Below, one piece after another: positions 18,370 to 27,828 of a stretch of DNA of 64,000 nucleotides (position 1 is the first letter of the stretch; each line of letters opens with the position of its first letter). The DNA comes from a virus: the IMG/VR virus record IMGVR_UViG_3300042868_012858, positions 1 through 64,000 of that record; one strand, given 5' to 3'. The position numbers and the translations under genes were made by a program. A model generated the notes under the pieces. It was not told where the DNA came from and searched no databases. It worked only from the letters and a program-made list of their open reading frames with translations.

Positions 18370-18641
18370 CGTTTCTAGAGTTTATTCTTTCTACGATTGG
18401 TTTTACAATAATTGTAACCCAATCTAAGTTATTTGAACCAATAAGAAAAGGTGCAGGTAAAATACATAACAAATTAGAATATCTTCTAAATTGTCCAATG
18501 TGTTTTGGAATGTGGTCTGGAATTTTGGTTTATATACTACAAACCCATAAAGTAGATTTTTTACTTTATGGGTTTATTGGAAGTTTTGTCTCCTATTTAG
18601 CTTATTTGCTAATTCATCCACTAATGGATAAATATGATTAA
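18363..18641 (+). CDS. Small membrane protein with CPMC motif (DUF1360-like)
   Basis: Hydrophobic helices and LLNCPMCFGMWSG. Confidence 0.65.
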   Translation: MLTFLEFILSTIGFTIIVTQSKLFEPIRKGAGKIHNKLEYLLNCPMCFGMWSGILVYILQTHKVDFLLYGFIGSFVSYLAYLLIHPLMDKYD

Positions 18642-19901
18642 GCAGTCAATTCTGCTTTTTTAGCCGTTTTTTCTTTAATTAGGGCTTTGTAAATTTCAGC
18701 ACGTTGAGCTGTTACATTTTTTAAATCATACTTATCTTTAACAAAGTTATGTAGATTATCAGCCAACATTTGTCTATATTCAGGATCTTGAATAACTTTT
18801 TTCATAGCTTTATACCAACCATCTTTGTTGTCCTTAATTAGGATTCCTGTTTCTCCGTCCTTTAATAATTCTTTATAAATTCCAAAATCTTGAGCAATCA
18901 AAGCTTTCTTTTTCATACCAGCTTCGATAATTTTTAATTCTGATTTAACTTCGTTGAAGTAATTTACTCTATTTATTACTTGACCTTTTTCTGTTCTATA
19001 TCTATCTATTCCGTCAATAGGAGCTAAACAAACATCACAATAATCATAATGCTTTCCGTATTGAGTTAAAGGTAGAGTCCATCTCCTAACATAGTTTTTT
19101 GTGTATTGATTAGGATAGTCTTCTCTTTTAATTTTACTCAACCATTTGAAATATTCTGGATCTTTACTTGTTTCTTTGTAGTTTGCTGTAAATATCTCTT
19201 CAAACTTCATCCAAATAGTTTCATGAGGCTGAATGTGTCTTGTGTTTTTCGAACCATCTGGTCTGATTTCTGTAATTGTACCTCTAGTATCAAATCCACA
19301 CATTACAAATTGAAACTTATCTTCAAGCTCTTTGTTTGAGTAAAGATTTTAAGTCATGAAAATGAGAAGACCCCCCAATCCAAGAAATTCTACATTTATC
19401 AGTCTCATTAGGCATTACCTCTGATTTCCACATTTTATCATCCATATTTAATGCATTTGGAATTACCAAAACATTAGGATTCAATTTCTCAACGTGTTTA
19501 GCAAAAATATTTGTTGTTGTTGTTACGTAATCTGCTTTCTTAACGACTTCTTTTATTTTTTCTGTCAAACCTTCTTTTCGAACGATTTCAAACAAAGGGT
19601 GTGTTGTTGGTGGCTCCCAAAAATCATCAATGTCCATAATAAGAGTAACTCCTGCAGCTCTTAGTGTCGCAAATACTTCATCCATTTTTTCATGAGGACC
19701 AAAATGACGATGAAAATGAATAATATCAAATTGTTTTAAGTACTCAATATTATCTACATTTGGTTGAAGATTTATTTCCACATCAAACTCGTCTCCATGA
19801 TACTTAGAAAGTGCTTGCGCTGGCCAAATATTTCTAAAATGGCCTACACCTTGATTGTCTGACGGAGCCATAAGAATCTTTATTCTATTTTTTTCACTCA
19901 T
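18638..19901 (-). pseudogene. GT-B glycosyltransferase split by a frameshift near 19323-19351
   Basis: N-half (GVGHFR..P, MDIDDFW, WIGGSSHFHDL) stops at TGA; the +1 frame is open from 19348 (NLYSNKELEDKFQFVMCGFD...KSELKIIEAG) and completes the fold. Confidence 0.7.
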
Positions 19902-19956
19902 TATTTGAAATTTTTAAAAAATATATTTCTATAAAAAAATAAAGTAAAGTGAAAAC

Positions 19957-19987
19957 AAAAAAACCTGTCAAAATATTGACAGGTTTA
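19957..19987 (-). terminator. Intrinsic terminator
   Basis: aaacctgtcaa / ttgacaggttt stem, A-tract on + strand. Confidence 0.75.
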
Positions 19988-20033
19988 CAAATTTCCCGTG
20001 TTGTGCTAACAGGTAGGTCCTGGTACTTTTTGA

Positions 20034-20306
20034 TTATCCTTTATATTCCTCTGCTCTTTTTCTAGCTTCATCCAATTCAGAAAGATTATACGCCTGACAT
20101 AATTCCAATCCTAAATCATTTTTATAATCTTGCTCTATTGCAATGAATTTTCTTTTTGTTTGTGCATCTACAGAAGAAGTCATTCTAGAGTCTGTAATAC
20201 AAAATTGATTTGGTTCTAATATCACACCTATTGTAGTAACATTATTTTTAGCTACAGCAACTTTAATATTTTGTGCTGGATTTGAAGTATTAGTTATTTT
20301 CCACAT
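20034..20306 (-). CDS. Small hypothetical protein (similar to 4290..4574)
   Basis: Ends LDEARKRAEEY, compared with LEKAKKEAESY in 4290..4574. Confidence 0.55.
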   Translation of the reverse strand: MWKITNTSNPAQNIKVAVAKNNVTTIGVILEPNQFCITDSRMTSSVDAQTKRKFIAIEQDYKNDLGLELCQAYNLSELDEARKRAEEYKG

Positions 20307-20350
20307 ATTTTTTTTTATTTAAATGTATTAGAATCTCAAAATAATATCAA

Positions 20351-21493
20351 TTAGTTTTTAAAAACATAACCTTTGTTTTTTGATATTCTATTTTTTGGCA
20401 AGAAATAAGACGTGCCATCAAAATGCCATTCTTCTACTTCTTGATTTTCGTTTTTCAAAAATTCTCTATCCCCAGATCCTATATGCTCTTTTAGCGATTC
20501 AGGAAGTTCAGCTTTCATAAAAGAACCATTATCATCAACTAGTTTAGCCATATTCAAATCAAAATAATCAGCAACATCATTTATTTCATCTATATCTCCT
20601 CCTGATTTAAACATTCCACGGGCGGCATAACCTGGTACAGATTCCTCCATTGGCTTTACTGCTTGTGATTTATCATATCCATAAGATTCTTGTGGTAAAT
20701 CAGTCGTAATTCCTTTTTTTATCAAGTCCATTACTATATTTTTCACAACTCCTTCTAAATCTACTGCTGTAGAAATCTGATTCATAACATTTGATTGAGC
20801 CTCAACTGACTTCATTGCGTTATCTGCAGCGTATGGATTTTCTCTATATGTTGCTTGAACTGCAAAGTCAGGATCAAATCTTTTTTCGTCAAATCTAGTT
20901 GTTCCGTTTGCGTAGTTAAAATCTAAACATCCAATTTTTTCTAGTTTAACAATGTATACATCTGCCTTTCTTTTCCCTTCATCAATCCATAAATCATTCA
21001 TAGATTTTTTAACATCAGGATTTTCAAAAGTTCTAAGAGGTTTATGAGATAGGTTTTCTCCTCCTTCGCTTAGTTCATTCATATCAAAAACTATAACCTT
21101 AGCGGGTTCAATTTTATCCATAAAAGAAGGAAGCGCAGGTTCATATGAAGGTATGTTTCCAGATGTACTTTGATCTATTTGATTTGGGCTATTTGTAGTA
21201 CCTGTACCAAAATCATCCAAACCATTGCCAGGATTAAAATATCTAGCTGTAGGTACAGCATCTTCTTCTGGCTTCGGCATAGAAACAGCACTCGTAGCCA
21301 TTGCAGGAGCTTCTGTATTTTCAGGTATTACATCAGGTATTGCATTAACTGCATCATCTCTCTTGTGTTTACTTAAAATATTTCTAGCAATCTCTTCAAT
21401 GTTTGCACCATCCAAAACTTCATGTAGATTTTCGTTTTTTATCTGATTTGCAATCATTACTTTTAATTCATCGATATTTATTTTCTCGGCCAT
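20351..21493 (-). CDS. Hypothetical acidic protein, possible head-internal protein
   Basis: KINIDELKVMI N-terminal helix; late motif upstream. Confidence 0.55.
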   Translation of the reverse strand: MAEKINIDELKVMIANQIKNENLHEVLDGANIEEIARNILSKHKRDDAVNAIPDVIPENTEAPAMATSAVSMPKPEEDAVPTARYFNPGNGLDDFGTGTTNSPNQIDQSTSGNIPSYEPALPSFMDKIEPAKVIVFDMNELSEGGENLSHKPLRTFENPDVKKSMNDLWIDEGKRKADVYIVKLEKIGCLDFNYANGTTRFDEKRFDPDFAVQATYRENPYAADNAMKSVEAQSNVMNQISTAVDLEGVVKNIVMDLIKKGITTDLPQESYGYDKSQAVKPMEESVPGYAARGMFKSGGDIDEINDVADYFDLNMAKLVDDNGSFMKAELPESLKEHIGSGDREFLKNENQEVEEWHFDGTSYFLPKNRISKNKGYVFKN

Positions 21494-21582
21494 ATTAATT
21501 TTCTTTATAAATATCTAGTTTTTTTGTTAATTAAATTATTTACATTATTTAGAATAAAGCTTATTATTTAAAAAAAGTATTT

Positions 21583-22359
21583 ATGGCTATAAAGAAAAGA
21601 GAAGGGAAAAGAACTCCTAGATATGCTCAAGAAGACATGGACTCTATAGGTTCTATGCAAAGAATCGCTAAAGAATTTATGCGAATGAAACGTCTGAAAT
21701 TTAGTTTAACAGACAAACAAAAAGAGTTAGTAGAAATACTCCAGTCAAATAAGATAATTACAGTTACAGGCCCTCCAGGGACATCAAAAACATTTATCGC
21801 TTGTTACGCAGCAATGCAGATGTTTTTATCTGAAGAAAGACAAAAGATAATCCTTTCGAAGCCAACAGAGGTTTTATCAGGAACAAAAGATTTAGGCGCT
21901 CTACCAGGCTCACTTGAGGAAAAGCTAAAAGAGTATGTTGAATCATTTACAGATGCATTTGACGAGTTTTTAGAAACAAAAGATTTTAGACATCTTTGGG
22001 CTGAAAAGATGATAGAGTTTAAGCCAGCTCAATTCTTAAGAGGAAGAACTCTAAAAGATTCTTTCATTATTATTGATGAGTTCCAAAACTTCGATATCAA
22101 AGCACTAAAAAGTATTGTAACAAGACTTGGTAGAAATAGTACAATAGTTTTTATGGGAGATACAAAGCAAAATGATATCGGAAAAAGATATGTAGCAGTT
22201 GACTTCTTTAATGAAGTTATAAAAGATATTCCAGGGTGTGCGTCTTTTGAATTTAAAAGAGAAGATATTGTAAGGGAAAAAATACTTATTGATATTATTG
22301 ATAGGTTTGAAGAATTGGAAGCCGCAGGTAAAATGCCTGACACAATGAAAAATACTTAA
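21583..22359 (+). CDS. phoH: PhoH-family ATPase
   Basis: GPPGTSKT Walker A, LGALPG, FLRGRT, IIDEFQN, TRLG, GDTKQND. Confidence 0.92.
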   Translation: MAIKKREGKRTPRYAQEDMDSIGSMQRIAKEFMRMKRLKFSLTDKQKELVEILQSNKIITVTGPPGTSKTFIACYAAMQMFLSEERQKIILSKPTEVLSGTKDLGALPGSLEEKLKEYVESFTDAFDEFLETKDFRHLWAEKMIEFKPAQFLRGRTLKDSFIIIDEFQNFDIKALKSIVTRLGRNSTIVFMGDTKQNDIGKRYVAVDFFNEVIKDIPGCASFEFKREDIVREKILIDIIDRFEELEAAGKMPDTMKNT

Positions 22360-22393
22360 AATTTTATACTATTTATCTATAAAATAAAAAGTT

Positions 22394-22594
22394 ATGAACA
22401 ATCCTAATGAATTAAAACCAGAAGGTAAGAAGTTTGTTAACGAGCTTATGAACCCAGATCAAGCGCTTAAAGAAGTTTTTAAACAAAACAATCTGAAGAG
22501 ACCGAAAGCTGGAATGGTAGAAAAAGCTAATTCGCAACTACTTACAAATGACGGAAGAATCGTTTTAAATGAAGATAGCGAACAGAAGTCATAA
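22394..22594 (+). CDS. Small hypothetical protein
   Basis: 66 aa; TATTTAT upstream; terminator downstream. Confidence 0.55.
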   Translation: MNNPNELKPEGKKFVNELMNPDQALKEVFKQNNLKRPKAGMVEKANSQLLTNDGRIVLNEDSEQKS

Positions 22595-22624
22595 AAAAAG
22601 CCCTCAATTTAGAGGGCTTTTTTT
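22593..22624. terminator. Bidirectional intrinsic terminator
   Basis: aaaaaaagccctc / gagggcttttttt. Confidence 0.8.
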
Positions 22625-22641
22625 ATTTAATCTTATTTATT

Positions 22642-23277
22642 TTATGAAGGGTTTTTAACTATCTCAGTAACATTATTGAACTTCATAGATTTAAGCTCAT
22701 CAAATCTTTCTCCAATTTTTCTATAAACAGTTACTTGACCAGATCCACCAACTTTCATATCTGAAATTTTTAGAAAATCTCCAGGTTCTAAACCTGTTAT
22801 GTTTGATTCTAAAACATTGTATGTGTTATTTTCACTTACCTTTTCTGCTTTAAAATGTTTAGCTGAACCTGCAATTTTAACTTTTGTACCTTTTGTAAAA
22901 TCTTCGTTTTTAAACTCGTCTAATTTTTTATTATCAAAAACACCTCTGCCTTTTGTTCCAACTTCATTAGCATCGCCCTTAATTTCGTCTCCAATCTTAT
23001 TTAGTATTTCTACTTTTTTCTCATAAAATTTAATCAACTTATCAAGAACTTCTGCCTGCTCATCTTTAATCTTCTTTAGTTCAGAAAACTCTTCGTCTGC
23101 CACAGCCTTTTCTTCATCTTTCTTTAGTTTGTCAAATTTTTTCTCATATAAATCAATAAGACCTTCATCTATGTCTTCAATAGTAGATTCAAGCTTTTCT
23201 AAAGTTTCAGATTCGTTCATCAATCTCAATCCTTCTTTTTGTATATATTCTTTTAAAATATTGATGTTTACTTTCAT
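22642..23277 (-). CDS. Hypothetical coiled-coil protein, possible head-internal protein
   Basis: MKVNINILKEYIQKE N-terminus. Confidence 0.55.
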   Translation of the reverse strand: MKVNINILKEYIQKEGLRLMNESETLEKLESTIEDIDEGLIDLYEKKFDKLKKDEEKAVADEEFSELKKIKDEQAEVLDKLIKFYEKKVEILNKIGDEIKGDANEVGTKGRGVFDNKKLDEFKNEDFTKGTKVKIAGSAKHFKAEKVSENNTYNVLESNITGLEPGDFLKISDMKVGGSGQVTVYRKIGERFDELKSMKFNNVTEIVKNPS

Positions 23278-23309
23278 GTTATTTTAATTTAGAACTTGTT
23301 ATTAACATA

Positions 23310-23334
23310 AACACCCGCATAAATAGCGGGTGTC
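23310..23334 (-). terminator. Hairpin, probable terminator
   Basis: acacccgc / gcgggtgt stem. Confidence 0.55.
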
Positions 23335-23365
23335 TAATATTTTATTTTATTTTCAAGAGTAGATA

Positions 23366-24106
23366 TTAGTCGTTGTTACCCAATCTCGCCAATCTTCTCA
23401 TTCTTTCAATTTCGCTTTCTAAAGCATTTTGTCTTCTTGAGTCCATTCCTTCAGAAAGAACATTAAGGTATTTTTTGTTTCTTCTAGAAGTCGATTCGTT
23501 TATAGACTCTTTTGGCATATCGTGAGTTGTTGTAGAACTTCCTTCTTCATCTGCTTGAACAGTTTCTCTGTATTCATTTACAGCATCTTCATCTTCTTCA
23601 GTAGGCTCCTCATCTTCTTCATTAGGCTCTTCTTCAACCTCAACCTCTTCAAATTCTTCATCGTCTCCTTGAGTTTCTTCTTCAGAAGCCTCAGAGTCTT
23701 CGTGATCTACACGACCTAATGCAGCCATAATTTTTGCTTCGATAGCAGCTCCAAGTTCAGCAAATTCATCAGCAAGATTAATTTCTTCATCTCCTTCTTC
23801 GTCGTCACCAACTTCGATTTCATCATCTTCTAAAAGATGAGAACCTTTGTGTTCAAACTCAGGAGTCCATTTAGTATCACCATCCTCTTCACCAGTCCAA
23901 GCATGAGATCTAACTTTCATTTCGCCCCCAGCTTCAACTTCTTCTAAGTTTTCGTCTTTCATAAGAGAAGTGTCTTCGTCTTCCATCAAAGCCAACTCTT
24001 CGTTGATTTGTTGAATTCTGTTTTGAATATTTTTCTTCTCCATCACTCTTTGGAATTCTTCCTTAATGATTTGATTTACTTCTGTCCAAGTTGTTTTGAT
24101 AGCCAT
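23366..24106 (-). CDS. Acidic scaffold-like / head-internal protein
   Basis: Glu-rich; N-terminal VNQIIKEE; C-terminal RMRRLARL resembles scaffold RMKQLAG. Confidence 0.55.
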   Translation of the reverse strand: MAIKTTWTEVNQIIKEEFQRVMEKKNIQNRIQQINEELALMEDEDTSLMKDENLEEVEAGGEMKVRSHAWTGEEDGDTKWTPEFEHKGSHLLEDDEIEVGDDEEGDEEINLADEFAELGAAIEAKIMAALGRVDHEDSEASEEETQGDDEEFEEVEVEEEPNEEDEEPTEEDEDAVNEYRETVQADEEGSSTTTHDMPKESINESTSRRNKKYLNVLSEGMDSRRQNALESEIERMRRLARLGNND

Positions 24107-24125
24107 AGCTCTTTATTTTAAGTTT

Positions 24126-24482
24126 TTATTTTTTATTTTTTAATTCTTCGTTCTCTTTTTTAAGAGCTTCGATTTCTTCTTTTAATTTAGTCATTTCATC
24201 AACTGTATCTTCTTGAATCATTGACTCCTCAGCTTGCATTTCTCTTTCTAGTTCTGCAATATGAGATATGTTTTGGAAATCATTAACAAATCCAGTTTTT
24301 GTTTTGCTTGAATTGTCTGAAGGACTTTGAAAACCAAATGTTCCAACCCAGCTAACTTCGTTTAGTTGAGCCAATCTATTATTAATGCTTTTAGCATTTT
24401 CATAAAGTTGTTTTTTTTCCTTTCTTTTTAAAGCCTCCTCAACAATAGCAGCTCTGATGTCCGATGGGGTTATTTTTTTCAT
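24126..24482 (-). CDS. Hypothetical protein, possible head-internal protein
   Basis: MKKITPSDIRAAIVEE; late motif upstream. Confidence 0.55.
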   Translation of the reverse strand: MKKITPSDIRAAIVEEALKRKEKKQLYENAKSINNRLAQLNEVSWVGTFGFQSPSDNSSKTKTGFVNDFQNISHIAELEREMQAEESMIQEDTVDEMTKLKEEIEALKKENEELKNKK

Positions 24483-24582
24483 ATAACTTTTTTATAATAA
24501 ATATTCCAAAAATTTGATTTTCGAAAGTATATTATATAAATTTCTTTCGAACTCATTAATAAATAAGTAAAAAAAAAAGAAT

Positions 24583-24900
24583 ATGGAAAATTTCATAGTT
24601 GGGAATAAAGAAAATTTTAAAGAATTAATTTCCTCAGACAAAATAACAATAGTAGATTTTTGGGCAGAGTGGTGTGGGCCATGCAGAACACAACTTCCTA
24701 TATTAGAAAATTATGCTCAAAAAAATGAAGACATTCAGGTTGTAAAAGTAAATGTAGATCAAAACTCTGAATTAGCGTCTGAGTATGGCATTAGAAGCAT
24801 TCCTACAATTTTATATTTCAAAAAAGGCACAATTCAAAATAAAACCGTCGGTGTTCAACAGGAAGATCAATTAAATGAAATAAAAAAACAAATTTTATGA
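24583..24900 (+). CDS. trxA: Thioredoxin
   Basis: DFWAEWCGPC and IRSIPT. Confidence 0.95.
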   Translation: MENFIVGNKENFKELISSDKITIVDFWAEWCGPCRTQLPILENYAQKNEDIQVVKVNVDQNSELASEYGIRSIPTILYFKKGTIQNKTVGVQQEDQLNEIKKQIL

Positions 24901-25700
24901 TTAATGCAATAATCTTTTCAAAAGATAGAGCATCACAATTAAGGTTGCTTCTTTATAGTATTCAAAAAAACGCACCACATGCATTTAATTTGAATGTAAT
25001 ATATACTTCTTCTAATGAAGAATTTAAAAAAGGATATGAAAAAGTAAAAGGCGAATTTTCTAGCTTGTGTAATTTTGTAGAGCAAACAGATAATTTCAAA
25101 GAAGATGTTTTGACTCTCTTAAATTCTGAGAGTGAATTTAGCTGTTTCTTTACAGACGATGATATTATTTACCAACCATTTGATGTAGAAAGCGTAAAGA
25201 ATTCTATAAGAGCAGATGATGATGTTTTTTGCTTCTCTTTAAGATTGGGAACTAATGTTACTTTCTGCTATACTATGAACACGGAAAACGTTCTTAAAAA
25301 CTATGAGGATTTAGATGAGTTAATAAAATGGAATTGGTCTTTGCACTACCTAGACTTTGGATATCCATTATCAGTTGATGGGCATATATTTAGAACGAAA
25401 GATATTTTAAAGCTTACCAAAAAAGTATCATTTACCAATCCTAATCTTTTCGAGGGCAATCTTCAAATTTTTGATACGTTTCCTAAAGAAAAAATGGTTT
25501 CTTTTAAAAGTAATGTACTAGTCAATACTCCAAATAATATCGTAAATTCAACACACCCAAATAGACATTCTGCTGATTTCGGAATTGGAGTAAAGCAATT
25601 AAATGATGAATATTTGTCTGGAAAAATTATAGACTTGGAGTCTATGGACTTTTCTAATATTGTAGGGTGTCATCAAGAGATAGAATTTAAATACAAATAA
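24897..25700 (+). CDS. Putative GT-A glycosyltransferase
   Basis: IIFSKDRASQL, FFTDDD (DxD-like), YPLSVDGHIF. Confidence 0.6.
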   Translation: MINAIIFSKDRASQLRLLLYSIQKNAPHAFNLNVIYTSSNEEFKKGYEKVKGEFSSLCNFVEQTDNFKEDVLTLLNSESEFSCFFTDDDIIYQPFDVESVKNSIRADDDVFCFSLRLGTNVTFCYTMNTENVLKNYEDLDELIKWNWSLHYLDFGYPLSVDGHIFRTKDILKLTKKVSFTNPNLFEGNLQIFDTFPKEKMVSFKSNVLVNTPNNIVNSTHPNRHSADFGIGVKQLNDEYLSGKIIDLESMDFSNIVGCHQEIEFKYK

Positions 25701-26354
25701 ATGTCAAAGCATTATATTATAGAAAGGGCTAAATCTAGATTGGGAAGCCCTACGATGAATTTAGAATTGGATGATAAAATTGTAGATGCGTTATTTGACG
25801 AAGCATCATCAACATTTTTATATTACTACCAACTTTCTAAAGCAAAGGAAAATAGTGTTTTTCAAAATATAACTGACAATAGTCTTAGTAAAATAGAAAC
25901 CTCTTGGGTTTGTAGATATTTTACTGCATTACTAAAAGAGGCCCTTGGAAATGTAAGAGGCAAGTTTGGTGGTGAAATTAATGTTCCTGGCGGACCATTT
26001 AAATTAGAGTATTCGCATTTACTTAGAGAAAGTGAATCGGAAAAGATATCTCTTATTAAAGACATATATCCTCATCACGAATATAGCGCTTCTCCATTTG
26101 CGCTACTTGGTGTTTATGTAAATATTGGAAATTTAGATACAAAAGATGCAGAGGCAATAATGGATAAAGTGTCTCACTCTTTTTCAGAAACACTTCCAAA
26201 GTATATCAAAACAGTCATTATGCCTTCTAGGGTAGAAAGTAAAATAGAAGTAGTTTATTCAAATAATTCAAATAAAGAAATAGATTTTGAGTTATTAGAA
26301 CAACTTAAAGACTTAGACAAAGAATTAGAAAAATACATTAAAGATGAAGAATAA
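25701..26354 (+). CDS. Short paralogue of neck protein gp13 with unrelated C-terminal domain
   Basis: LGSPTMNLELDD and WVCRYFTALLKEALGNVRGKFGGEINVPG match both conserved blocks of 6269..7462. Confidence 0.7.
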   Translation: MSKHYIIERAKSRLGSPTMNLELDDKIVDALFDEASSTFLYYYQLSKAKENSVFQNITDNSLSKIETSWVCRYFTALLKEALGNVRGKFGGEINVPGGPFKLEYSHLLRESESEKISLIKDIYPHHEYSASPFALLGVYVNIGNLDTKDAEAIMDKVSHSFSETLPKYIKTVIMPSRVESKIEVVYSNNSNKEIDFELLEQLKDLDKELEKYIKDEE

Positions 26355-27087
26355 CATAAAAGTAATTACCCCTTTTTATAATCCAGGGGAATTTTTAGAA
26401 ACTTGCGTTAATACGCTTATGTCTCAAAAATATGACAACTTTAAAGTATTATTTGTTGACGATTGTTCAACAGATGGTTCATTTGAAAAACTGCCTCACG
26501 ATAATGAAAAGGCAGTTATTATTAAAAATGAAACTAGAAAAACTGCTTTAGAAAACATACACGATGCTATTATGAATCATTGTGATCCTGATGATATTGT
26601 TGTTTTGATTGATGGTGATGATTGGTTGCCAAATAAAAATGTGCTTTCTTATATAAATGACTTTTATAATCAGAATGATTGTTGGATTATGTATGGTCAA
26701 GCCAATTGGACAGATGGCCGTAGAGGTTTTGCGTCTGCATATTCTGCAGAAGAATTTAAAAACATCAGAAAGTCACCGTTTAGAGTATCTCATTTACGAA
26801 CTTTTAAGGCAGGTCTTTATCAAAAAATAAAAGAACAAGATTCTGAGTTTTCCTGTATGAAAGATTCTGATGGAGATTTTTATAAAATGACATATGATGT
26901 CGCTATTATGTTCCCTATTCTAGAAATGGCTGGCGTAGAAAAAGTTGCATTTAATGATACAATTCTGTATATTTACAACAGAAATAATCCAATTAGCGAT
27001 GATAAAGTAAATCAGCAGCTTCAGTGGAATATTCATACAGAAATATCAAACAAAAAATCTTTTAACAAAATAGAAGATTATAAATAA
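26344..27087 (+). CDS. Glycosyltransferase family 2
   Basis: VITPFYN, VDDCSTD, IDGDDWL. Confidence 0.88.
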   Translation: MKNNIKVITPFYNPGEFLETCVNTLMSQKYDNFKVLFVDDCSTDGSFEKLPHDNEKAVIIKNETRKTALENIHDAIMNHCDPDDIVVLIDGDDWLPNKNVLSYINDFYNQNDCWIMYGQANWTDGRRGFASAYSAEEFKNIRKSPFRVSHLRTFKAGLYQKIKEQDSEFSCMKDSDGDFYKMTYDVAIMFPILEMAGVEKVAFNDTILYIYNRNNPISDDKVNQQLQWNIHTEISNKKSFNKIEDYK

Positions 27088-27828
27088 ATGGAGAATTTTT
27101 TTACCATAGCCATAGACACTTGCAATCATAAAGATTGGATTGAAAGGTGTCTAAATACTTGTCTTACTCAAAAATATGACAATTATGAAGTTGTATTGGT
27201 TGATGCATTGTCTGATGATAATACTTTTGAAATTGCCGAGCGATATGCAAAAGAATTTCCTAGATTAAAAATTTACCAAAACGAAGTAAGAATACCTCAG
27301 ATAGCTAATTTTTTGTGGCTTACAGAATTATCTAGACCAAACTCAATAGTTGTATCGGTGGATGGTGATGACTGGCTTAAGCACGGAAAAGTACTTAGTA
27401 AGTTAAATGATGTTTATAACTCTGGAGATGTATGGATGACTTATGGTACATATGAAGAATTTCCATATAGAGACGTTTCTTCAATATATCAGCCATATCC
27501 ACAGGAAGTAGTAGAAAATAACTCGTTCAGGGAATATAGATGGTTGGCATCTCATTTAAGAACCTATAGACGAGAGTTATTTCTTAAAATTAATTTAGAA
27601 GATTTTAAGAGAGAAGATGGTGAGTGGTTGGATACAGCTGGAGATCAAGCTATGATGCTTCCTATGTTAGAAATGGCTTCAGAAAGAAGTAGACATATTT
27701 CAGAAGCATTACTTGTGTATAATGTAGCTAATGTTACAAGAGATGGTGCTTTAAATGAATCAAGACAAGTCGAACTTGCTAACTATGTGAGGTCGAAAAA
27801 TAAATACACTAGATTAGAAAGTTTATAA
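27088..27828 (+). CDS. Glycosyltransferase family 2 (paralogue of previous gene)
   Basis: VDALSDD, VDGDDWL and SHLRT shared with neighbour. Confidence 0.85.
   Translation: MENFFTIAIDTCNHKDWIERCLNTCLTQKYDNYEVVLVDALSDDNTFEIAERYAKEFPRLKIYQNEVRIPQIANFLWLTELSRPNSIVVSVDGDDWLKHGKVLSKLNDVYNSGDVWMTYGTYEEFPYRDVSSIYQPYPQEVVENNSFREYRWLASHLRTYRRELFLKINLEDFKREDGEWLDTAGDQAMMLPMLEMASERSRHISEALLVYNVANVTRDGALNESRQVELANYVRSKNKYTRLESL

Noticed and set aside
19988-20030. GC-richer 3' UTR with small cagg/cctg hairpin as a riboswitch
   Set aside because: Too short, matches no aptamer I recognise, and lies before a terminator at a gene end.
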